Source of the DNA: Candidatus Daviesbacteria bacterium
Lineage (GTDB): Bacteria; Patescibacteriota; Microgenomatia; Daviesbacterales; UBA10151
Assembly (NCBI GenBank): GCA_016186955.1
Contig: JACPKP010000002.1
Location: 5,566 to 69,565 of the forward strand
Direction: 5' to 3'
Length of the DNA: 64,000 nucleotides
Part shown: positions 56,929 to 64,000 of the stretch, piece by piece
Layout of the letters: the number at the start of each line of letters is the position of its first letter
Position numbering within the stretch: position 1 is the first letter of the stretch
The notes under the pieces: model-generated
Databases searched by the model: none
Seen by the model: the letters and a program-made list of their open reading frames with translations, nothing else
Told to the model about the DNA's origin: nothing
Translations under genes and position numbers: made by a program

Positions 56929-57594
56929 GAATTTAAAGGTAAAAAGAATTTTGTTAAAAAGTTTAAGTTCTGCTTCTGGAATTTCGCCTATTATTCTTTC
57001 TTCATCATACCTTATCTTCGTATTAGTTTTTAGTTCATAAATAGTCATTATGTAAAACTGTTTATTTTGTTCAATAACAAAATCCATATATTTTTGTGGA
57101 ATAGTCCCACCAACCCTCCCTAGCTCACCTGTTATCTTTTTAGCATCTAAACCATTAATTTTGATGTCTTCCACCTTGTCTATCGTTGGACAATCACCCT
57201 TACAATTTAACGGGTTATTTTCCGAAACAGCAATGTAAATTTGTTTATCAACCAATACGTATGCAGGATCTTGTGTCTCCAAAGAAATATTTTGTGGATA
57301 TTTTAGTAAATAATTGTATTTTGCATTTTTATATGTTTTCCACCCTGCAGTTTCATCTGCTGAAGATGCCTGGGGTTCTGGGGAAGTTTGATCAGGGGTT
57401 AAAACTAGAGGTGGGGCAGATACAGGAAATTTCGGTTTACTCAAAATAATATATCCTGCAATTCCCCCAGCGATCAAGATCAAAGCCAAAATAACAGCCA
57501 CCACTGTCACAAACCCCGCCTGCCAGCAGGCAAGGCCTTTTTGTTTACACTGAGCGGACTTGTGGTGAGCGGAGTCGAACCAGTCGGAGTGCAT
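56920..57594 (-). CDS. Secreted/membrane-anchored hypothetical protein
   Basis: N-terminal TM VTVVAVILALILIAGGIAGYII. No other motif. Confidence 0.35.
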   Translation of the reverse strand: MHSDWFDSAHHKSAQCKQKGLACWQAGFVTVVAVILALILIAGGIAGYIILSKPKFPVSAPPLVLTPDQTSPEPQASSADETAGWKTYKNAKYNYLLKYPQNISLETQDPAYVLVDKQIYIAVSENNPLNCKGDCPTIDKVEDIKINGLDAKKITGELGRVGGTIPQKYMDFVIEQNKQFYIMTIYELKTNTKIRYDEERIIGEIPEAELKLFNKILFTFKFLE

Positions 57595-57603
57595 AAATTA
57601 ATG

Positions 57604-58230
57604 TCAATTAAACGGAACTATCCCTATCTTTGTTAATTTTTCTATGTTTAAATCAATTTCATACTCATTTAAAAACTTAGGTTTGATAACAAAATCCATC
57701 CCTCCTAAAAACCTTATTTTGTCAGAGCCTTTCCAAATAAGCTTCATTATAGGCATAGCATTGTAGCTGATTTTGGAAATTAAAATATACTCCTTTCCGC
57801 CGGAAAAATTACTTCCGTCTGATTTAAACAGATATAAATCTCCGCCATCAGGCGGTTGGACTTGTAGATAAAAATATTTTCCGTCTGGCGACCAGTTATT
57901 AATTTTTAGATCCATCCATGTGTCGGCATCGGCCCGTCCTGCCAACACGGTTTTTCCATTTTTTCCCGTTTTATCTGAGATAACCACCGACCTTATAAAA
58001 CTATCTCCTTCACCAGAGTTTTTGATCATGATCTTCCGCTGCCCATCCGGTGAAAGTGCTTCACTTATAATAATTTCTTTTGTTGAAGGAATTAAACTTT
58101 TCATTTCCTCTTGTTGTAAGTCTGGAAGAAATTGCTGCCCATTTTGATAAACCCAAAATACTCCCCCGCCGATAATCGAGACAATTAAAATTACAACCAA
58201 GATTAAAATTGGCGCAAATCCTTTTTGCAT
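57604..58230 (-). CDS. Membrane-anchored hypothetical protein (paralogous N-terminus with the next gene)
   Basis: MQKGFAPILILVVILIVSIIGG. WSPDGKYFYL is a beta-propeller-like fragment. Confidence 0.35.
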   Translation of the reverse strand: MQKGFAPILILVVILIVSIIGGGVFWVYQNGQQFLPDLQQEEMKSLIPSTKEIIISEALSPDGQRKIMIKNSGEGDSFIRSVVISDKTGKNGKTVLAGRADADTWMDLKINNWSPDGKYFYLQVQPPDGGDLYLFKSDGSNFSGGKEYILISKISYNAMPIMKLIWKGSDKIRFLGGMDFVIKPKFLNEYEIDLNIEKLTKIGIVPFN

Positions 58231-58998
58231 TTATTTTGTAAATTTGAAGTCTGCGAGGATTTTTTCACCATCTGTTTTTGCTGCAGAATCGGTAAAAACC
58301 TTAAAAAGGTACATCTTCCCGTCTTTAGAAAGAAGCATTAATCTTGGTTTCCCCGGCTGGTAATAAACCACCGCAGATTTTGACACCCTGCCGCTTATTG
58401 TTGCTTCGTCCTTTGGAAAAACATGCACATTGGTTGCGACATCAAAATCACCCCATAAAAAAGGATAATACCAATAGCGTTTATACCAACCTTGCTCATC
58501 TAAACCATCCAGATTTTCAAAAACCCAAACTGTAAAAGGAGCATTTTCAAAAGATTTATCCCGGCCCAAAACAACCATCGCTTCCAGAACTTTCCCCGGC
58601 TCGTATCCGATATACCCGCTGAAGTTTTTCCTAAAATCCCCATTCCCCCTTTTGTTGAATTCAGACTCTTTGTCCTCCATTGCTTCCAGCGGGGAGGAAT
58701 ATTTTAACTCAAAATCCGAACTTTTACTTGTGTAAGTTTTTTCTTCCGTTTTTTGGATGGCTTCAGAAGGTTTAGGGTTTAAAAAAGTTTTCGAAAGAAA
58801 TCCGGGGTTTGGTGGCGCGGGAGTTTGTAAAAGTTTTCCTTTATCGACATCCAGATTTACCTGTTTCACCGGATCTTTAGTCTGGTCCGGTTTTGTATTT
58901 TTAAAGATAACCACACCGGAAATTACGGAGAGAGCCAGCGCTGCAAGCAAAATAACCAGAGGGGCAGAACCTCTTTGCATAAATTTATGATACCACAA
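58231..58998 (-). CDS. Membrane-anchored hypothetical protein
   Basis: MQRGSAPLVILLAALALSVISGVVIF signal anchor. Confidence 0.35.
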   Translation of the reverse strand: MWYHKFMQRGSAPLVILLAALALSVISGVVIFKNTKPDQTKDPVKQVNLDVDKGKLLQTPAPPNPGFLSKTFLNPKPSEAIQKTEEKTYTSKSSDFELKYSSPLEAMEDKESEFNKRGNGDFRKNFSGYIGYEPGKVLEAMVVLGRDKSFENAPFTVWVFENLDGLDEQGWYKRYWYYPFLWGDFDVATNVHVFPKDEATISGRVSKSAVVYYQPGKPRLMLLSKDGKMYLFKVFTDSAAKTDGEKILADFKFTK

Positions 58999-59000
58999 AT

Positions 59001-59642
59001 TCAGGAGCCCTGCCCAAAATGGATTCCGGAAATCATCTCCTCGACCTTAGAAGAATAGTCATCTTTGCTTGAGGCAGGAGAGTTATCCGAAGAAACCCTA
59101 TGTGTGATATCCAATAAAAGTGTTGGTGCACACCACTGGTATTTGGTATAACCGGTGATTGAAATCTTAGAGCGGATCACTTTTTTGCCCCCCAAATCAA
59201 CTTCCGTGCCTTGACATTTAGCATTATTACCAACCAAAATAGTTATCGGTTTTTGTGCTCTACCACAAACCACATCTTTAAAATCAGCGCTGTTGAGAGG
59301 GTCAAGTTCAATATTTTTTGAATTGCTGCATGTCAAAAGCCCCCAGTTTTTTGGATAAAAAATTTCAAATCCTTCCCCTTTGTAGCTTTTCATACCGGAA
59401 GATGTTATTTCACCTGGTTTGGCAGGTGTTTGCGGGGAAGGTGAAGGCGGTTTTGCATCAAAACCGCTTGCTGCAGGTTTGGGAGAATCAGATTGCTTTT
59501 GCAAAGTTGCAGTTTGACGACCCCCAAACCCTTTGACAAAATAAAGTATGGTTCCTGAAATAATAGCCAACAGAATCAATAAAACTGACCCTGTAACCAA
59601 TAAAACCTTTGCTCTCTCATCCATAGCCTGTAATTTTACCAC
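59001..59642 (-). CDS. Membrane-anchored hypothetical protein
   Basis: N-terminal TM, then a Pro/Ser-rich linker and a globular domain with 4 Cys. Confidence 0.35.
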   Translation of the reverse strand: MVKLQAMDERAKVLLVTGSVLLILLAIISGTILYFVKGFGGRQTATLQKQSDSPKPAASGFDAKPPSPSPQTPAKPGEITSSGMKSYKGEGFEIFYPKNWGLLTCSNSKNIELDPLNSADFKDVVCGRAQKPITILVGNNAKCQGTEVDLGGKKVIRSKISITGYTKYQWCAPTLLLDITHRVSSDNSPASSKDDYSSKVEEMISGIHFGQGS

Positions 59643-59663
59643 AAATTGGGTTAAAATGACAGC

Positions 59664-60689
59664 ATGGATTTACGGAAAATCACCAATGCACAAAAGTCTG
59701 AATATAATAAACTAGTTACTCATGTCAGCCAGAGCTATGAGTGGGGGGAATTCAGAAAAAGTTTAGGGCTAACTCTTTTACGGTACGGAATTTTTAAAAA
59801 AGATAAACTCACAACAGTGTTTCAGCTAACTCTCCATAAAATACCACTGACAAAACAATTTGTTGGTTACCTGCCAAAAGGGCCATTGCCCGATAAAGAA
59901 TTGGCTCAGGCATTGGAAATAATCGGCAAGGAACATTCATGCGCATTCATTAAAGTTGAACCAGACATCCTTGCTAAGACTCCCCCCTCCCCGGTATATC
60001 CTGCTTTTCTGTCTTCGCCTAAACCTTTATTTACCAAATATAACTATATTTTGGACCTCACCCCTGCTACAGAAGAGCTTTTAAAAAAGATGCATCAAAA
60101 AACCAGATATAATATCAAACTGGCCCAAAAAAAAGGTGTGGTTGTTGAAGAAAGAACTGATGATAAAGCCTTTGAAATATATTTAAAACTGTATTTTGAG
60201 ACAACCCAAAGACAAAATTATCATGGACACAATACCAACTACCACCAAAAGGTCTGGCAGATTCTAAAAAAGATAGGCATGGCAAGGCTTTTGATCGCAT
60301 TTTATAAACCTCCAAACTCCAAAACCCGAATCCCGCTTTCAGCCTGGATGCTGCTAAATTTTAAGGATACTTTATATTACCCGTATGGTGGATCTTCTTT
60401 AAAACATAAAGAAGTTATGGCAAATAATTTAGTCGCTTGGGAAGCCATCAGATTGGGTAAAAAAATGGGCCTTAAAAAATTTGACATGTGGGGGGCATTA
60501 CCCCCAGACGCTCCACTAAACCATCCCTGGCAAGGTTTTAACAAGTTTAAGGCCGGGTTTGGGGGTGAACTGGTTGAATATCTTGGCACATACGACCTTA
60601 TTTTTATTGATTTCCTTTATTGGGCTTTTACGACAGTAGATAAATTAACATCTCTTAAGGTGTTCCTCTTGAGATTGCTACACAAATAG
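59664..60689 (+). CDS. FemAB-family peptidoglycan interpeptide-bridge aminoacyltransferase
   Basis: TRYNIKLAQKKGVVVEE and the overall GNAT-like duplication typical of FemX/FemAB (PF02388-like). Confidence 0.6.
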   Translation: MDLRKITNAQKSEYNKLVTHVSQSYEWGEFRKSLGLTLLRYGIFKKDKLTTVFQLTLHKIPLTKQFVGYLPKGPLPDKELAQALEIIGKEHSCAFIKVEPDILAKTPPSPVYPAFLSSPKPLFTKYNYILDLTPATEELLKKMHQKTRYNIKLAQKKGVVVEERTDDKAFEIYLKLYFETTQRQNYHGHNTNYHQKVWQILKKIGMARLLIAFYKPPNSKTRIPLSAWMLLNFKDTLYYPYGGSSLKHKEVMANNLVAWEAIRLGKKMGLKKFDMWGALPPDAPLNHPWQGFNKFKAGFGGELVEYLGTYDLIFIDFLYWAFTTVDKLTSLKVFLLRLLHK

Positions 60690-60691
60690 CT

Positions 60692-61192
60692 ATGGCTGAT
60701 CCGATACTACTGGCAACATTTATTACTATAACCTTATGCTGTATCGGATTATCCTGGTTTGCCGGGTCTGATGCACCGTATGTTGCAACAAAAATGGATA
60801 ATATTAAAGATATCCTTAAACGGGCAGGAACGGGGAAAAACAAAATATTTTATGAATTGGGCTCAGGGGACGGCAGGGTTGTAATTGAGGCTGCAAAACT
60901 AGGCGCTCGGGCAAACGGGGTCGAGCAATCATGGATTAGGGTCTGGTATTCAAGATATAAAGCCAGGCAGTTAAGATTAAATGCCGTTTTTTTCCATGGC
61001 AATATTTTTGACAGAAGTTATTTCCCTGCGGACATTGTTTATATCTATCTTCTTTCCAATGCAGTCCAAAGACTTGAGGGAAAACTAAAGAAAGAGCTGA
61101 AACAAGGCTCAATAGTAATTACCCAAACTTATCATTTCAAAAAATGGAGGCCTTTTAAAAAAGCGGGTGATTTTTGGCTTTACAAAGTATGA
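60692..61192 (+). CDS. Small class I SAM-dependent methyltransferase with an N-terminal TM anchor
   Basis: FYELGSGDGRVVIEAAKLG is motif I. Confidence 0.55.
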   Translation: MADPILLATFITITLCCIGLSWFAGSDAPYVATKMDNIKDILKRAGTGKNKIFYELGSGDGRVVIEAAKLGARANGVEQSWIRVWYSRYKARQLRLNAVFFHGNIFDRSYFPADIVYIYLLSNAVQRLEGKLKKELKQGSIVITQTYHFKKWRPFKKAGDFWLYKV

Positions 61193-61233
61193 GGGCATTT
61201 CGTGTATTGACAATTAGGTAGTGTTTTTTTATA

Positions 61234-62328
61234 TTGAGTTGTAATGATTCATTGCAGTCGTTACGCAAGATGGGTCAGGTTTTTCCTTTAGGGCTATCGT
61301 TTGATGATGTCCTGCTCATTCCTCAACACTCTGGAATCAAGAGTCGTTCTCTCGTAGATTTAACAACCCAACTTACACCCTCTGTAAGCCTCAAACTACC
61401 AATTTTGAGTACAAATATGACAGATGTCACAGGTGTAGAAATGGCTATTGCGTTAGGCAAATTAGGCGGGATGGGCATTTTACCCCGCTTTGAAAATCCA
61501 AAAGTTCAGGCAGATATGGTTAAACAGGTTAAAAAAAATGAAGTTTCTGTAGCTGCTGCAGTTGGCTGCAAGGAAGGGTTTTTGGACAGGGCGGAAAAAT
61601 TAGCCAAAGCCGGCGTGGATATATTACTTCTTGATATAGCCCATGGCCATATGCAACAAGCTTTGGATGCCACAAAAAAAATAAAAAATAAGTTTGGTCA
61701 AAAGATCGGTCTTATCTCCGGTGCAATTGCAACTTATGCTGGGGCAAATGATCTATACCAAGCAGGCGCTGATTGTGTCAGGGTTGGTGTTGGCCCAGGC
61801 AGCATCTGCACAACCAGGATAGTAACAGGGGTAGGCATCCCACAAATTACAGCAATTACGGAAGCCTCCAAGGCTGCAAAAAAATGGAAAAGGACAATCC
61901 TAGCTGATGGAGGCATTAAAAATTCTGGTGATATAGCAAAAGCTCTGGCAGCAGGAGCTTCTGCTGTATCACTGGGTAATGTATTTGCAGGGACAGATGA
62001 AGCTCCTGGAAAAATAGTTATCAGGAAAGGCAAAAAGTATAAAATTTACAGGGGGTCTACCTCTATTGAATCTAAAAATGACCACCAAAAAAAGCTTTCA
62101 GATTTATCAAATAACTACCTTCATCATATTGAAGGCGTTGAAGGATTAGTCCCCTTTAAAGGTCCTGTCCAAAATTTGGTTTTGCAGTTTGTAGCAAATT
62201 TAAAATCCTCATTTTCATATGTTGGGGCAAAGAATTTAAGACAGTTCCACCGATATGCAAAATTTATCAGAGTTACTTCTTTGGGGTTGAGGGAAAACGG
62301 CCCGCATGATATTTTGACTCAAGATTAA
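61234..62328 (+). CDS. IMP dehydrogenase/GMP reductase-family protein lacking the CBS subdomain
   Basis: [10 protein letters not shown], the catalytic loop [12 protein letters not shown] and [21 protein letters not shown] 364-aa product implies no CBS pair. Confidence 0.8.
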   Translation: MSCNDSLQSLRKMGQVFPLGLSFDDVLLIPQHSGIKSRSLVDLTTQLTPSVSLKLPILSTNMTDVTGVEMAIALGKLGGMGILPRFENPKVQADMVKQVKKNEVSVAAAVGCKEGFLDRAEKLAKAGVDILLLDIAHGHMQQALDATKKIKNKFGQKIGLISGAIATYAGANDLYQAGADCVRVGVGPGSICTTRIVTGVGIPQITAITEASKAAKKWKRTILADGGIKNSGDIAKALAAGASAVSLGNVFAGTDEAPGKIVIRKGKKYKIYRGSTSIESKNDHQKKLSDLSNNYLHHIEGVEGLVPFKGPVQNLVLQFVANLKSSFSYVGAKNLRQFHRYAKFIRVTSLGLRENGPHDILTQD

Positions 62329-62919
62329 TTATTTTGGCAAAGCTATCACAATTAACCTTTTCTGGTCGAATGTGCCATCACAAGTATACAAAGTCAATCT
62401 GTTGCTGTCTGATATGACTGCATCAATATCAGCAGGCGTTACTTTTCTTTTTGCATTTACTAAATAACTATACTCTTTTTCATTTGTCTGTATTTTTATC
62501 TCATCCCCAATATTTATTTTTTTCAAACCCCCAAATAAATATTCCCTATTATGGGCATACAAAATAACATTCCCTTTCCCTGGTGTTTTCGACGTTGTCA
62601 GCCAGGACACCGCATCATCATACAAAGTCCACTGGTTATTTTTAATAGCGCCTGTAGCAATTGGTAGTTGCAAACCAATGGATTTTATTGAAATTAAAGT
62701 TGGTGGATAAACCGCCTCAATAATTTTAGCTGACTGGGTAGCAATTACGGTTGCATTTTTTACCGGCAGGGCATTTTGAACCTCTTTAACATCTTTATAG
62801 GAAACTTTCTGATGAAAATCGAATAAATTGTTTGGGAAAACTCTAACTAAAATAAGGGCTACTATTAGACCTGTCATGCCAAACATCAAAACTTGCAGAA
62901 AAATTTCAATCTTCGGCAT
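62329..62919 (-). CDS. Sortase-family transpeptidase
   Basis: N-terminal TM, a His-containing ILYAHN motif and the catalytic LTLYTCD (TLxTC) motif. Confidence 0.7.
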   Translation of the reverse strand: MPKIEIFLQVLMFGMTGLIVALILVRVFPNNLFDFHQKVSYKDVKEVQNALPVKNATVIATQSAKIIEAVYPPTLISIKSIGLQLPIATGAIKNNQWTLYDDAVSWLTTSKTPGKGNVILYAHNREYLFGGLKKINIGDEIKIQTNEKEYSYLVNAKRKVTPADIDAVISDSNRLTLYTCDGTFDQKRLIVIALPK

Positions 62920-63199
62920 TACTGCGGACCGTTCTCAATGCCCAAATTAAAACAATTATCCCCCCAAAAAAGACAACAGCCCATTTGGCAATATCTTTTT
63001 CGGCGCCTGTTGAACCTAATACTTTTGTTTCCCCTAAAACTTGTTTCGCGCTTCCGCTTGCAGGTTTGATAGTAGGTTGGGCAGAAGCAGTTGCTGAAGC
63101 TGAGGCAGCAGCTGTAGGGGTAGGTGTCACAGCAAAAACAGCAGGCGCAAACACAAACATTACTACAGCAATATAACCTATCATGAACATCTTTTTCAT
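62906..63199 (-). CDS. Small secreted protein with a C-terminal sorting-signal-like segment (candidate sortase substrate)
   Basis: Signal peptide, an Ala/Thr/Pro-rich region, then VLGSTG followed by the hydrophobic WAVVFFGGIIVLIWAL and RTVR. Overlaps the sortase gene start. Confidence 0.45.
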   Translation of the reverse strand: MKKMFMIGYIAVVMFVFAPAVFAVTPTPTAAASASATASAQPTIKPASGSAKQVLGETKVLGSTGAEKDIAKWAVVFFGGIIVLIWALRTVRSNAED

Positions 63200-63271
63200 A
63201 AGTATTATATTAACTTATCTAAATTATAAGAGAATTTCAATACCTTAAAATTATAATGATATAATCCATTC

Positions 63272-64000
63272 AATGAAACTTCTTCATTTTGCTGATATCC
63301 ATATTGGCATGGAAAATTATTCTAAACTTGACCCTCACACAGGTCTTTCCACCAGACTGTTGGATTTTTTAAATACTTTTGACTTTATAGTTGATACTGC
63401 CCTCTCTCAAGATGTTGATGCCTTAATTTTTGCAGGTGACGCTTATAAAACCCGTGACCCCAACCCTACCCAGCAAAGAGGTTTTGGCGAAAGGATCAAA
63501 AAAGCAGCCAAACATATGCCAGTTATACTTGTAGTTGGTAACCATGACACTCCTAATGCGCAAGGCCGGGCTAATACTTTGGATATTTATTCTGCTTTGG
63601 AAATTGAAAATGTTTGGGTCTCAAGAGTTCCCGAATATTTACAAATTCCCACCAAATCAGGCAACTTGCAAGTTGTCACCCTACCCTGGCTTCACAAAAA
63701 TGATTACCAAGAAGTAGCAGAAAAATTATTGTCCCTTTATGACAAAATAAAACCTCCGCCAGCTGGCGGACCTGCTATTTTTTTATCCCATGCTGAAGTA
63801 GAAGGCGCATCATATGGCTCAGAAAAGGGTATGGCTATTGCAAATGATGTCACCATCCCCCTATCTTTAATCCAGGACCGAAGACTCTCTTATGTAGCCT
63901 TAGGCCATATCCATAAACACCAGGTTTTATCCAAAGATCCGCCGGTTGTTTATGCTGGTTCCCCTCACAGGATTGATTTTGGTGAGGAAAAGGAAGAAAA
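63272..64000 (+). CDS. sbcD: Partial CDS (C-terminus runs off the window): SbcD/Mre11-family nuclease
   Basis: Hand-translated: MKLLHFADIHIGMENY...DALIFAGDAYKTRDP...LVVGNHD...ALGHIHKHQ are calcineurin-like phosphoesterase motifs in SbcD order. Not in the ORF track because it lacks an in-window stop. Confidence 0.8.

Noticed and set aside
1-64000. CRISPR arrays, rRNA or tRNA genes
   Set aside because: No regularly spaced direct repeats with unique spacers were seen. No intergenic region showed tRNA-like GTTCGA T-arm/acceptor features or rRNA-like conservation. The tandem repeats found are heptamer coding repeats or palindromic elements, not CRISPR-like.

Overview
This window reads as a compact, moderately AT-rich bacterial chromosome segment with CPR/Patescibacteria-like gene content. 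Dense housekeeping genes include a truncated alaS, ftsK, rnj, a Lon-like AAA+ module, pnp-rpsO, nusA-infB, hrcA-grpE-dnaK with a CIRCE operator, lepA, murJ, rpsT, tpiA, two thioredoxins, uvrD/pcrA, an IMPDH-family gene, sortase and a partial sbcD. They are interspersed with GC-richer islands of orphan genes. The most striking signals are at least two families of short palindromic (MITE/RPE-like) elements. Some copies sit in-frame inside essential genes (uvrD twice, lepA, alaS). A type IV AbiEii-like toxin cassette is inserted at the 3' end of infB and is flanked by a synonymous-variant duplicate of the last 16 infB codons. A GC-rich two-module cassette region downstream of PilN/PilO-like genes has each module bounded by a repeated 'gene-end plus sigma70 promoter' segment and a repeated ~110-bp multi-hairpin/terminator element. 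No rRNA, tRNA or CRISPR arrays were seen. ORFs that run off the window edges are absent from the supplied ORF track and were translated by hand. All homology calls rest on motif recognition by eye, not on database searches.
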